The translations under genes and the position numbers were made by a program. The notes below the pieces were generated by a model. That model saw only the letters and a list, made by a program, of their open reading frames with translations, was not told the DNA's origin and ran no database searches. Shown one piece after another: positions 16,635-26,250 of a stretch of 58,929 bases of DNA (position 1 is the first letter of the stretch; the number at the start of each line of letters is the position of its first letter). Source of the stretch: a bacterium (GTDB taxonomy: Bacteria; UBA6262; WVXT01); the NCBI GenBank assembly GCA_046759165.1, contig JBHIBS010000004.1:1-58929 (forward strand). The letters run 5' to 3'.

Positions 16635-17828
16635 ATGTTGAAGTTTGGGCAGGCTTTAAATATAGTACTTGAAGATACCAAACCGATGGAATCGGAATGG
16701 GTGGCTCTCTCTCGCGCACACAGAAGAGTGCTTGCTGAAAATATAATTGCTCAGAATAATGTTCCCTATACCGATAATTCGGCAATGGATGGCTATGCAA
16801 TAAAAACAGATGATGTGAAAAGTATTCTCCGAGAGTTGCAGGTGGTGGGGGTTGTGGCATGTGGGAAATCTGTTAAGAAGCGATTAAGGCCAGGTCAAGC
16901 AATGGCTATAATGACAGGTGCTCCGATTCCAAAAGGTTGCAACAGTGTCATTCCTGTAGAGGATACAGAGGCAGTTGGGGCAGGAATTGTGAGAATATTT
17001 CGCAGGATTAGGCCCGGCGAAAATGTGCGCTATTCGGGAGAAGATGTGAGAAAGGGAGAACTAGTCTTAAAAAGAGGCACAGTCATGGGTCCGGCTGAAT
17101 TGGGGATGCTCGCTTCTGTGGGGAGGAACAGGGTGAGGGTTTTTCAGAAACCAGTAGTGGCTATATTAATTACCGGTAATGAAATTATTGAACCTGGCGA
17201 GAGGTTGCGTCCGGGCAAGGTGAGAGATATCAATACTTTCTCCTTATACGGTCTTGTGGAAAAGTTTGGTGGTGTTCCACTTCCTCTGGGAATAGCCGGC
17301 GATGAGAGAGTTAATCTGGTGAGAAAGATGAAAAAGGGACTTAATTCCGATATAATGATTATTTCTGGTGGAGTTTCTATGGGGAGGTTCGATTTTGCAC
17401 GAGAGGCTCTGGGTTCTCTTGGATATAGAGAGAGGTTCTGGAAGGTTGCGGTGAAACCGGGGAAACCGCTCAGTTTTGGCTATATTGGTCGGATGCCAGT
17501 TTTTGGTTTGCCGGGCAATCCTGTCTCTTCGATGGTGTCCTTTCTGGAGTTTGTGCGTCCGCTTATAATGAAGCTGATGGAAAGACCCTTAGATTTGCCT
17601 GAAATTTCTGCTTTTCTAAGAACTCCCATAGTGAAAAAAGATAATAGGAGACATTTCCTCCGGGTGAAATTGGATTACAGGAATCATAAATATTTTGCTT
17701 CTCTCACTGGTCCTCAGGGGTCGGGAATTCTTAAATCGATGATAGAGTGCAATGGCATTGCCATTCTCTCTGAAAATACCAAAGCATTGAAGGCAGGAGA
17801 TAGAGTGACTGTGCAGTTAATAGTTTAG
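16635..17828 (+). CDS. moeA: molybdopterin molybdotransferase
   Basis: SAMDGYA, IMTGAPIP, TGNEI, SGGVSMG, KPGKP, GLPGNPVS, QGSGIL. Confidence 0.95.
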   Translation: MLKFGQALNIVLEDTKPMESEWVALSRAHRRVLAENIIAQNNVPYTDNSAMDGYAIKTDDVKSILRELQVVGVVACGKSVKKRLRPGQAMAIMTGAPIPKGCNSVIPVEDTEAVGAGIVRIFRRIRPGENVRYSGEDVRKGELVLKRGTVMGPAELGMLASVGRNRVRVFQKPVVAILITGNEIIEPGERLRPGKVRDINTFSLYGLVEKFGGVPLPLGIAGDERVNLVRKMKKGLNSDIMIISGGVSMGRFDFAREALGSLGYRERFWKVAVKPGKPLSFGYIGRMPVFGLPGNPVSSMVSFLEFVRPLIMKLMERPLDLPEISAFLRTPIVKKDNRRHFLRVKLDYRNHKYFASLTGPQGSGILKSMIECNGIAILSENTKALKAGDRVTVQLIV

Positions 17829-17858
17829 TTCGGGAATATATTCTACCTTGAGAATTAT

Positions 17859-17926
17859 GCACAAATTGAATTTATATCTACAGTGAGGCGAATACGAGAT
17901 TCTGTAGGCGCGATTTCAAATCGTGC
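17859..17926. repeat. REP-like inverted doublet
   Basis: Degenerate minus copy 17859-81 ending CTAC; plus copy GTAG-GCGCGATTTCAAATCGTGC 17904-26, one mismatch to 52684-706. Confidence 0.7.
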
Positions 17927-17944
17927 AGCGGATGGTGAGCCGGT

Positions 17945-18532
17945 ATGGGTAAGTTGAAGAGTTTTACTAATGGGTTTCTGAGGGAGAACCCGGTTCTAGT
18001 GTTAGTACTTGGGCTCTGTCCTCTCCTGGCAGTTTCCAATACTGCAATTAATGCTCTGGCCATGGGGATTGCCACAATTTTTGTCTTGACTTTTTCCAGC
18101 ACGGTGATTTCGCTTTGGCGTAGAGTGATTGCTGAAGATATTCGTATTCCTGTCTTCGTTATTATTATATCTACTTTTGTTACTATAGCTGATTATTTTA
18201 TGGCTGCATATTTTCCCCCTCTCCATAAGGCTCTGGGTGTTTTTGTTCCCTTGATTGTGGTGAATTGCATTATTTTGGAACGGGCTGAGGCGTTTGCCTA
18301 TCGGAACTCTCTGATAGATTCGGTTTTAGATGCACTCGGGATGGGATTGGGATTTACTTTGGTAATAGTCACGATTGGAATAATTAGAGAGATTTTAGGG
18401 AATGGTACAATATTTGGCTCAAGTAGATTCATCTTTCACCCTGGGTTGATTATGGTTTTCCCTCCCGGAGCATATTTAACTATTGGCTTTCTAATGGTAA
18501 TCCTAAACTGGTGGAAGGGTAGAAGAAAATAA
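17945..18532 (+). CDS. rnfE: Rnf subunit E
   Basis: ENPVLVLVLGLCPLLAV, PLIVVNCIILERAEAFA, PPGAY. Confidence 0.95.
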   Translation: MGKLKSFTNGFLRENPVLVLVLGLCPLLAVSNTAINALAMGIATIFVLTFSSTVISLWRRVIAEDIRIPVFVIIISTFVTIADYFMAAYFPPLHKALGVFVPLIVVNCIILERAEAFAYRNSLIDSVLDALGMGLGFTLVIVTIGIIREILGNGTIFGSSRFIFHPGLIMVFPPGAYLTIGFLMVILNWWKGRRK

Positions 18533-18563
18533 ATTCTTTAATTCAATTTATTGGAGGAATTTT

Positions 18564-19151
18564 ATGGAACAGGCAAGTCTATTCGGTATCTTCATTTCGG
18601 CCCTTTTAATAAATAACATTATACTTATGCGCTTTCTTGGACTCTGTTCATTCTTTGGCGTTTCTCGCCAGATGGAAGTTTCCTTAGGGATGAGCATGGC
18701 GGTTATTTTCGTAATGACTATATCCTCAGCTGTTACCTGGATTCTCTACAAGTTCATCCTGTTGCCACTGAATCTGGAATTTCTGAAAATCTCAACTTTC
18801 ATATTGGTCATCGCCTCTTTAGTTCAGTTGGAGGAACTTTTCTTGAAGAGGTATATTCCTCACCTGTATCGAGCGCTGGGAATATATCTTCCGCTGGTTA
18901 CAACCAATTGTGCTATCCTGGCAGTCGCCTTCCTTCATGTCGATTATAACTACGATTTTATTCAGACTGTTATATATGCTCTGGGAGTTTCTTTAGGGTA
19001 TACAGTAGCTATAATGCTGTTTACTGGAATTAGAATGAGATTGGAAATTGCACCCATTCCAGAACCGCTAAGAGGGTATCCCACAGCATTTTTCATAGCT
19101 GCTTTGATGTCTTTAGCATTTTTAGGTTTTAAAGGTCTATTTGGTTTATAA
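18564..19151 (+). CDS. rnfA: Rnf subunit A
   Basis: NNIILMRFLGLCSFFGVS, LGIYLPLVTTNCAIL, LMSLAFLGF. Confidence 0.95.
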   Translation: MEQASLFGIFISALLINNIILMRFLGLCSFFGVSRQMEVSLGMSMAVIFVMTISSAVTWILYKFILLPLNLEFLKISTFILVIASLVQLEELFLKRYIPHLYRALGIYLPLVTTNCAILAVAFLHVDYNYDFIQTVIYALGVSLGYTVAIMLFTGIRMRLEIAPIPEPLRGYPTAFFIAALMSLAFLGFKGLFGL

Positions 19152-19159
19152 TTTACGAG

Positions 19160-19978
19160 GTGTTTATGGTCCTAATTTCCGTAATTACTTTAGGTAGTCT
19201 GGGACTTCTTTTCGGTCTCCTTTTAGCTCTGGCTGGGAAAAAGTTTGCTGTAAAGGTCGACCCCGGGCAGGAGAAGATATTGAAAATCCTCCCAGGGACT
19301 AACTGTGGCGCTTGCGGTTTTGCCGGGTGTAGGGGTATGGCAGAGGCATTAATTAGAGGTGAAGCCGGAGCGACTTCCTGTCCAGTCGTTAGTGAAGAGA
19401 CTGCTTATAGAATAGGTGAAATTCTCGGGAAAAAAGTTGAGGTGAGAGAAGCAGAAGTTGCCCGGGTTTTGTGTCAGGGGGATGAGAGTAAAGTGAAGTA
19501 TGAGTATAACGGAGTAGAAGATTGTCGCGCAGCCCATCTTTTGGCTGGTGGATACAAGGCTTGTGATTATGCGTGTTTAGGACTTGGCACATGTAAGGCT
19601 GTTTGTCCTTTTGATGCGATTCGCTGGGAAATGGGGAAGACGCCTGAAATTTTGATGGATAAATGTACCGCCTGTGGAAAATGTGTTGAAGTCTGCCCTA
19701 CAAAAGTAATCAGTCTCATTCCTAAAAAAGGGGAAGTCTATATTAAATGTAACTCTCTTGATAAAGGAGCGAAAGTTCGAAAGATATGTAAATTGGGTTG
19801 TATTGCCTGCGGTATCTGCGTTAAGGTTTGCGAGCCTGGTGCGATTAGGATAGAGAATAATTTAGCGAGGATCGATTACGAGAAGTGCACAAATTGTGGA
19901 ATTTGTGTTGAGAAATGTCCAACCAATTCGATAGTATTTGCACAGATTGAATCTGTGCCTATAACAGGAGGTAATTAA
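19160..19978 (+). CDS. rnfB: Rnf subunit B (polyferredoxin type)
   Basis: N-terminal TM, LPGTNCGACGFAGC, several CxxCxxCxxxCP motifs. Confidence 0.95.
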   Translation: MFMVLISVITLGSLGLLFGLLLALAGKKFAVKVDPGQEKILKILPGTNCGACGFAGCRGMAEALIRGEAGATSCPVVSEETAYRIGEILGKKVEVREAEVARVLCQGDESKVKYEYNGVEDCRAAHLLAGGYKACDYACLGLGTCKAVCPFDAIRWEMGKTPEILMDKCTACGKCVEVCPTKVISLIPKKGEVYIKCNSLDKGAKVRKICKLGCIACGICVKVCEPGAIRIENNLARIDYEKCTNCGICVEKCPTNSIVFAQIESVPITGGN

Positions 19979-20012
19979 CGAGAAGATTTGTAGGCACAAA
20001 TTCAATTTGTGC
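19940..20012. repeat. REP-like inverted doublet, first copy inside the rnfB 3' end
   Basis: GCACAGATTGAATCTGTGCCTAT (19940-62) and GTAG-GCACAAATTCAATTTGTGC (19990-20012). Confidence 0.8.
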
Positions 20013-20033
20013 ACTTGTATATGGGGAATGGGT

Positions 20034-20318
20034 ATGGAATATAGATGTGAGTTGTGTGGTAAGAAAATCGCGAGGAACCGTTATCTGGTGAGGATAGCTT
20101 CGTATGCGGCCTATGATGGCTTAGAAATTAATCTTTTGGATTTAACACGTGATTTTGAAAAAGAGACAGAAGATTTATTGAAGAAGATTGAGAAGAAACG
20201 TGGCAAAAGCCTGGAGAAAGATATCTGTGTCAGATTTGAGTTTGTTCTCTGTAAGAAATGTCGGGATAATTATGTAAGGGACCCATTGGGTAAGAAGAGA
20301 TTTAAGTCGAGTGGATAA
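20034..20318 (+). CDS. hypothetical protein with two CxxC pairs (probable Zn finger)
   Basis: YRCELCGK...LCKKCR; start ATG 20034. Confidence 0.75.
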   Translation: MEYRCELCGKKIARNRYLVRIASYAAYDGLEINLLDLTRDFEKETEDLLKKIEKKRGKSLEKDICVRFEFVLCKKCRDNYVRDPLGKKRFKSSG

Positions 20319-20338
20319 AAATTTCAAAGAGGAGATCC

Positions 20339-20674
20339 ATGAAACAGATGGTGCTATTCATTACTTCGGGCAGCCAGGAAGAGGCAAAGAGGTTGGCTAA
20401 GGTTTTGGTGGAGGAGAAATTGGCGGCTTGTGTTAATATTCTCCCTGATGTTGAGTCCATTTACTGGTGGAAGGATAAGATTGAATTGAGCAAAGAGCGG
20501 ATGCTGGTCGTTAAGACTCAGGGGAAAATGGTGAAGAGGGTTGTGAAAAGAGTAAAAGAAATTCATAGTTATAAGGTTCCAGAGGTAATAGCTCTTCCCA
20601 TAGTAGAAGGGAATAGAGATTATTTACAATGGATTTCTGATGCGCTCGCTCCACAAAAAAGGAAAAGGGAATAA
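20339..20674 (+). CDS. cutA: divalent-cation tolerance protein CutA
   Basis: LAACVNI, SIYWW, HSYKVPEVIALP, YLQW. Confidence 0.93.
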   Translation: MKQMVLFITSGSQEEAKRLAKVLVEEKLAACVNILPDVESIYWWKDKIELSKERMLVVKTQGKMVKRVVKRVKEIHSYKVPEVIALPIVEGNRDYLQWISDALAPQKRKRE

Positions 20675-21672
20675 TGAAAGAAGCAATATACTACATACCG
20701 CTGGAAGAAAAGAATAAAGTGCAGTGTTTCTTGTGTCCACATCAGTGTATTATCAATGAGGGAAAGACTGGCATCTGCCGTACTCGAAAGAATGTGGGAG
20801 GGAAACTATTTGCTTTAGTTTACGACCAGTTTACCTCGGTAAATCTGGATCCTATTGAGAAAAAGCCTCTCTATCACTTTTATCCAGGAAGAGAAATTCT
20901 ATCCCTGGGGACAGTTGGATGTAATTTTAGATGTAAGGGTTGTCAAAATTATGAGATTTCCCAGGCTGCAATGGGCGAAGTTCCCACCAGAACAGTAACT
21001 TCTGATGAAGCTATAAGACTGGCAAAGGGGTACGATTCTATTGGCATAGCCTACACTTACAATGAGCCCTTAATTAACTTTGAGTATCTCCTGGAAACTG
21101 CCCATCAAGCACATAAGTACGATTTGAAAAATGTCTTGGTCACTAATGGCTATATTAATGAAGAGCCTCTTGTCAATCTCTTACCCTACATTGACGCAGC
21201 CAATATTGATGTTAAATCCTTTCGGAACGATTTTTATAAGGATTATTGTAAAGGCAAGTTGGGCGATGTTCTGCGTACGGTGGAAATTATGGTCAGGCAG
21301 AAGAAGCATGTAGAAGTCACAAATTTAGTCATTCCAACTCTCAACGACTCTGATAGTGAAGTTGAGGACTTGACCGATTGGCTCTACTCTCTATCCGATG
21401 AAATTCCTTTACATTTCTCCCGTTACTATCCATGTTATAAGATGACTATTAAAGCTACACCTCTACCTACTCTGGAAAGGGTGAGAAGAATTGCTCAGAA
21501 GAAATTGAAGTATGTTTACCTTGGCAATGTCTGGGAAAAGCCCGAATCTAATACCTATTGTTCAAATTGCAAGGAAATACTTATTGAGCGCCGGGGTTAC
21601 CATACCAGATTGGTGGGTCTTGAGGGAGAGAATTGCAGAAATTGTGGAGAGAAAATACACATAAAGATTTGA
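20674..21672 (+). CDS. AmmeMemoRadiSam-system radical SAM enzyme (PflA-like)
   Basis: CFLCPHQC, DPIEKKPLYHFYPG, GCNFRCKGCQN, AYTYNEP, PLHFSRYYP, C-terminal Zn ribbon. Confidence 0.9.
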   Translation: MKEAIYYIPLEEKNKVQCFLCPHQCIINEGKTGICRTRKNVGGKLFALVYDQFTSVNLDPIEKKPLYHFYPGREILSLGTVGCNFRCKGCQNYEISQAAMGEVPTRTVTSDEAIRLAKGYDSIGIAYTYNEPLINFEYLLETAHQAHKYDLKNVLVTNGYINEEPLVNLLPYIDAANIDVKSFRNDFYKDYCKGKLGDVLRTVEIMVRQKKHVEVTNLVIPTLNDSDSEVEDLTDWLYSLSDEIPLHFSRYYPCYKMTIKATPLPTLERVRRIAQKKLKYVYLGNVWEKPESNTYCSNCKEILIERRGYHTRLVGLEGENCRNCGEKIHIKI

Positions 21673-21683
21673 GATTTGGGAAA

Positions 21684-22706
21684 ATGGAAAAATTTAGAGT
21701 TCTGATTTTTTTGTTTCTTATATTTTTCATTTTTGGTTGTGGGGAGAAAGAATATAGTAAAGTCGAATTCTTGATGGATACTGTGGTGGAAATCAAGGTA
21801 TACCACAGGAGTAAGACTGAGGCACAGGAAGCTATTGATAGTTCGATGGAAGAGATGAGAAGAGTTGAACAGAAGATGTCTTGTTTTCTTCCGGGGAGCG
21901 AGGTTTCAAGGATTAATAAGGAGGCTCTCCTTAAGGGGGCAAAGGGCTCTTTATTGGCAGAAGGCTGGATACCAGTTAGCGATGAACTTTTCTCTCTGCT
22001 GGAAGAATCAATTCACCTGTCAGAGCTCACTAAAGGTTGTTTTGATGTGACCATCTATCCCTTGTGGAAAATCTGGAAGTTTGAGGGAGAGAGTGTTAAA
22101 GTGCCAGATGAAGAAGAAATCGAAAGGAAATTACAATTGGTAGATTACAAGAATACAATCATAGAAAACGGGAAAATCAATTTTGCTAAAAGAGGAATGG
22201 GCATAGATTTGGGAGGTATAGCCAAAGGGTATGCGGTGGATGCTGCAATAAAGGCTTTGAAAGAGAAGAATGTAGAAAGTGCTATGGTCAATGCAGGAGG
22301 AGATATATATGCTTTGGGAAGAAAGCAGGAGAAACCCTGGCGGATCGGTATTCGACACCCTCGGAGGGGAGGGGAAATTTTAGGAATTGTCGAGGTGGAG
22401 GATAGGGCAATCGTTACTTCTGGCGATTATGAACGTTTCTTTTTTTCTAAAGGGAAAAGGTACCACCATATCCTCAATCCCAAGACAGGCTATCCTGCAG
22501 ACGAGTGTCAGAGCGTGACTATTATGGCTAAAAAAGCTACCTTTGCTGATGGACTGGCAACCGGAATATTCGTTTTGGGTCCGAGAGAAGGGATGGATTT
22601 GATTGAGAGTTTAGAGGAAGTAGAAGGAGTTATTGTTAATAAAGAAGGAGAAGTCTCTGTTTCTTCGGGATTGGTTTCTAAGATTGAGTATGTTAACCAG
22701 AAATGA
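21684..22706 (+). CDS. apbE: FAD:protein FMN transferase (lipoprotein)
   Basis: Lipobox IFGC; MDT, FDVT, DLGGIAKGYAVD, NAGGD, TSGDYER, YHHILNPKTG, ADGLAT. Confidence 0.93.
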   Translation: MEKFRVLIFLFLIFFIFGCGEKEYSKVEFLMDTVVEIKVYHRSKTEAQEAIDSSMEEMRRVEQKMSCFLPGSEVSRINKEALLKGAKGSLLAEGWIPVSDELFSLLEESIHLSELTKGCFDVTIYPLWKIWKFEGESVKVPDEEEIERKLQLVDYKNTIIENGKINFAKRGMGIDLGGIAKGYAVDAAIKALKEKNVESAMVNAGGDIYALGRKQEKPWRIGIRHPRRGGEILGIVEVEDRAIVTSGDYERFFFSKGKRYHHILNPKTGYPADECQSVTIMAKKATFADGLATGIFVLGPREGMDLIESLEEVEGVIVNKEGEVSVSSGLVSKIEYVNQK

Positions 22707-23055
22707 TAGGGTCCTAATATTTGGATTGGTTATTGTTGCCTTTCTCCTTTTTGTAAGGCTCTTTTTTATCTCAGGTGAGGGGAGCGAAGCTTTAATCAAA
22801 GTTGGTAATAGTCGCGTTCAAAGGTTCTCTTTGAGAATGGATAGGAGGATCGATCTTGAGGGTGAAAAAGGAAAGGTGGTTATAGAGATTAAAGATGGAA
22901 GAGTGAGAGTGGTGGAGTCAGACTGTTTACAAAAGATATGTGTAAATACAGGATGGATAGGTAAGCCAGGCCAGAATATTGTCTGTTTGCCAAATAAAGT
23001 GTTGGTCACTATAGAAGGTAAAGAAAGTCCTAAAATTGATGCAATAAGTTATTAG
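22690..23055 (+). CDS. NusG domain II-containing membrane protein
   Basis: N-terminal TM; VRVVESDCLQKICVNTGWI...IVCLPNKV. Confidence 0.88.
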   Translation: MLTRNDRVLIFGLVIVAFLLFVRLFFISGEGSEALIKVGNSRVQRFSLRMDRRIDLEGEKGKVVIEIKDGRVRVVESDCLQKICVNTGWIGKPGQNIVCLPNKVLVTIEGKESPKIDAISY

Positions 23056-23075
23056 AAAAAGAGAAAAGTGGTCTA

Positions 23076-23103
23076 GTAGAAAAGGGGTCAGAGTCATTTT
23101 TTG
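23076..23103 (+). repeat. solo copy of the RAYT terminal motif (GTAGAAAAGGGGTCAGAGTCATTTTTTG)
   Basis: 23080-23103 is 24/24 identical to 49727-49750; one mismatch to the reverse complement of 50464-50490. Confidence 0.85.
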
Positions 23104-23118
23104 CTTTGACCACTGCCT

Positions 23119-23260
23119 GTTCCCGATTGAAAATCGGGACGAGCGACTGAAATCCCGATTTTCAATGGCCACTCGGAATGACATCTTTTCTTCGATTTTT
23201 TGGCTAAAAATTCTAATGCCTGTGCCAATGGTACTCGCTACACCAAATTGCTCCGCATGG
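23119..23260. repeat. mosaic of repeat fragments
   Basis: Palindrome TCCCGATTGAAAATCGGGA (related to 56405-29); GAGCGACTG...CTCGGAATGACA (RPE-like); CGCTACACCAAATT shared with the 14371 MITE. Confidence 0.55.
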
Positions 23261-23321
23261 TCAATGCAGGGGTTTCGATTCATCAAATCGGTTTCTTGTG
23301 CCTTTGGAGGCAATTTGTGAG

Positions 23322-23879
23322 ATGAATGGGGAGAAGAGAATATTATACATTTCAGTTTTGATTGCTCTTGCTTCCACGCTACAGATAGTGGAGAGTCTCT
23401 TTCCCCATCCGCTTCCCTGGCTGCGGCTCGGGTTGGCAAATATGATTACTTTGACCAGTCTGGTTATCTTCGGATATGCTATAGCAGTTCAGGTGGCTGT
23501 GTTGAGGACGATTTTGAGTTCTTTTCTTCTAGGTACATTCTTTACGCCTGGTTTCTTTTTGAGTTTTTCTGGTGCGCTGATGAGTGCTCTGGTAATGGGT
23601 GGAATTTATAGTCTGGGGAGGGTGGCAAAGGGTAATCCTTCTCGCCGTTATCCGTTTGGTTTTAGCATTATAGGAGTGAGCATTCTGGGAGCAGTGACTC
23701 ATAATGTTACGCAACTTTTTGTTGCCTATTTTTTCCTGATAAGGCATAGAGGGGTATTTTTAATTCTTCCATTTTTGATAGTGGCAGCGGTTATTACTGG
23801 CTTTATAACCGGGTATGGAGCAAATAGCTTGAGTAGGCAAGTGGAGAAGATAACGGTAGAGGCCGGTAAACCCCGTTAA
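23322..23879 (+). CDS. Gx transporter family (heptaprenyl diphosphate synthase component I-like) membrane protein
   Basis: ESLFPHPLPWLRLGLAN, SIIGVSILGAVTHNVTQL. Confidence 0.88.
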   Translation: MNGEKRILYISVLIALASTLQIVESLFPHPLPWLRLGLANMITLTSLVIFGYAIAVQVAVLRTILSSFLLGTFFTPGFFLSFSGALMSALVMGGIYSLGRVAKGNPSRRYPFGFSIIGVSILGAVTHNVTQLFVAYFFLIRHRGVFLILPFLIVAAVITGFITGYGANSLSRQVEKITVEAGKPR

Positions 23880-23979
23880 GGATTTATCTCTAACGGGACA
23901 CTCCAAGCGATTGATTTCTTACACCATCCCTGCCCCGTTGGATGCTTGCTATCTAACCGGGGTGACGGTTTGGCAGACG

Positions 23980-24594
23980 ATGAAGAGATTGATTCTAGCT
24001 TCCAGTTCTTCTCGCAGACAACAGATCCTCTTTCAGCTGGGCTTAAAATTTCAAGTGATGCCATCGCATCTTTTCGAGGAACATCCAGTTTCTTTCAGGG
24101 GGAGATTGGTGCCATCGAGAATAGTGGAGAAATTGGCGTTGCGGAAAGCAAAAGAAGTTTCCCAGAGGGTTTCTGAGGGACTGGTCATTGGTGCGGACAC
24201 GATAGTTGCTCTGAAGACCAGTGAGAGAGGGAGATTGAAATTTGAGATTATCGGTAAGCCTGAGACAGTCGAAGAGGCAAAAGAGATTTTGAGACGATTG
24301 GGTGGCACAAGCCATGAAGTTTATACAGGAGTTGCAATTGTTGATGCTAAAACAGGTAGAAAGGCTTTGGGACATGAAGTTTCCAGGGTGAGGATGAAGA
24401 AGCTCACGAATCGAGAGATCTCCAGGGTAAGCCGTATGCATTTGGACAAAGCAGGAGCTTATGGGGTTAAAGAGAAGAAGGATGGCTTTGTAGAATTGCT
24501 GGAAGGGCCTCTGGATAATGTGGTGGGTATGCCCCAGAAATTATTGAAGGAGTTGCTTGAAAAATTTAGTGTGAAGGTGAAGTTTCAATGTTAG
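23980..24594 (+). CDS. maf: Maf-family nucleoside triphosphate pyrophosphatase
   Basis: LILASSSSRR, IGADT, IGKP, HEVYTG, DKAGAYG, NVVGMP. Confidence 0.92.
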   Translation: MKRLILASSSSRRQQILFQLGLKFQVMPSHLFEEHPVSFRGRLVPSRIVEKLALRKAKEVSQRVSEGLVIGADTIVALKTSERGRLKFEIIGKPETVEEAKEILRRLGGTSHEVYTGVAIVDAKTGRKALGHEVSRVRMKKLTNREISRVSRMHLDKAGAYGVKEKKDGFVELLEGPLDNVVGMPQKLLKELLEKFSVKVKFQC

Positions 24595-24617
24595 AAGTAC
24601 CTTTCTAACATTTCTTT

Positions 24618-25298
24618 TTAGGAGCCTTTTTCAATTTTATCTAAGTTGTTAATTATCTTTGCTTTTTGGTGTAAGCTTATCAGCCATTGTCTGTAGAGAA
24701 GTATCTTCTTTTCCTCAAGAAGATTTTTCTTGAAATCTTCTTCTTTCTCTTTTGTTTTTCTTCGTTCATATTCATCTTTCACTTCTTGATCGGTGACTTT
24801 AACACTGGAAAGGATGAGGCTTCTCAATTTTTGATTGGTAATTGCTCTTTTAATCTGGGTTTCATATGTAGACGGTTCGGTCCGAAAATAGTTGCGGAGA
24901 ATGTAAAAATATAAGTCGGGCTCGAACTTTCCATCTCTCTGGAATTGGGGCAGGGAACGTATTGTATTTATTACTTCGCTCTTGCTTACATAAATTCCGT
25001 ACCTTTTTGCTTCCTGATGCAGGAGCTCTTCCTGGATAAGGGAACTTAACACTCCGGATTTAATTTCCCTTATTTGGGCATCGGTGAGTTCTCCTTCTGG
25101 GTTTTCGTCGTACCAGTTGCGAATTCTTCTGTGGACTACGTCTAAAAAGGAAGAATAGGAAATTTTAGTTCCGTTGACCTGAGCCGCACAATCGATTAGG
25201 CGGCGAGTGGAGAAATTCCAGAGGAAGATGCCGATGATAAAAGCAACAGCAATACACCATAAAAAGGTCTTTACGTTTTTTCTCAGAAAGTTCATCAT
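24618..25298 (-). CDS. SurA N-terminal domain protein (PpiD-like chaperone)
   Basis: N-terminal TM; AQVNGTKIS, LIQEELLHQEA, PQFQRDGKF, VTDQEV. Confidence 0.85.
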   Translation of the reverse strand: MMNFLRKNVKTFLWCIAVAFIIGIFLWNFSTRRLIDCAAQVNGTKISYSSFLDVVHRRIRNWYDENPEGELTDAQIREIKSGVLSSLIQEELLHQEAKRYGIYVSKSEVINTIRSLPQFQRDGKFEPDLYFYILRNYFRTEPSTYETQIKRAITNQKLRSLILSSVKVTDQEVKDEYERRKTKEKEEDFKKNLLEEKKILLYRQWLISLHQKAKIINNLDKIEKGS

Positions 25299-25356
25299 TT
25301 CTCATCACCCAAAATTATTATATTAAAAATTCAACTTGTTGGTCAAGGAAATTGTC

Positions 25357-26250
25357 GTGGAAATAGTGATGCAAGTGATTATTAAATTGGTGTCTAGGGT
25401 TTTTCTTTTCGCATTTATTGGCTATTTTGTAGGAAAGATAAAGAAAAGATTTGTCAGGCCATTAATTGCTGTGGTAATTGATGGTTCCCTCTATTTACTT
25501 ATTCCCTTTTTCTTTCTCCTGTCTATGTGGGAAGGTTCAGCCGACTTTCTTATAGCAAAAAAGGTCGCCCTAATAGCAGCTTTAGTTGTTGTTGCTTGCG
25601 GTCTTATGGCCTATCTTTTTTCCATTCTTTATAGCGTTGAATTTCGTCAAATTTGCCTTCCCATAATGTTTATGAACGCCATATACCTCCCGATTCCCAT
25701 AAATACCCTTTTCTTTGGCAACGAGGGAATGACTTATAGTGTGATTTACAGTTTGGCAGCAGGGATTCTCCACTTTACCCTAGGCATCTATCTGGTTAGC
25801 CGTAAGGAGCACTTTCTGGAGATAATTAAAATGCCATTGATTTATGCTGCCTTAATGGGAGTGATTCTCAACCAGGCTAGAGTCGGTGTTCCAGTGGTTT
25901 TTCTCAATATTTCGCAGGGCCTTAAAGAGGTAGCCCTTCCGGCAATGGTAGGTCTTGTGGGATATCAGCTAAACCTTATCAAGAGGCGACATTTTAAACT
26001 TGTAAATATTGGTGTTCTCCTTCGACTGGGCGGGGGATTTCTGGTAGCTTTAATTCTGGTTAGACTTCTTCACTTCTCTGGTCCAGGAGCCTCTGTAGTT
26101 TTAGTATCTTCAGCAATGCCTTCGGCAGTCCTCACATATATATTTGCAAAAAAGTACGAGGCAGATGAAGACTTTGCCGCAGGGATGATTCTGGTGGGCA
26201 CTCTCCTGAGCATCGTGACCATTCCACTAATAGTTTCTTTCGTGATATGA
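25357..26250 (+). CDS. AEC-family (auxin efflux carrier-like) transporter
   Basis: About 10 TM segments; FMNAIYLPIP, SAMPSAV, TLLSIVTIP; start uncertain. Confidence 0.85.
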   Translation: MEIVMQVIIKLVSRVFLFAFIGYFVGKIKKRFVRPLIAVVIDGSLYLLIPFFFLLSMWEGSADFLIAKKVALIAALVVVACGLMAYLFSILYSVEFRQICLPIMFMNAIYLPIPINTLFFGNEGMTYSVIYSLAAGILHFTLGIYLVSRKEHFLEIIKMPLIYAALMGVILNQARVGVPVVFLNISQGLKEVALPAMVGLVGYQLNLIKRRHFKLVNIGVLLRLGGGFLVALILVRLLHFSGPGASVVLVSSAMPSAVLTYIFAKKYEADEDFAAGMILVGTLLSIVTIPLIVSFVI

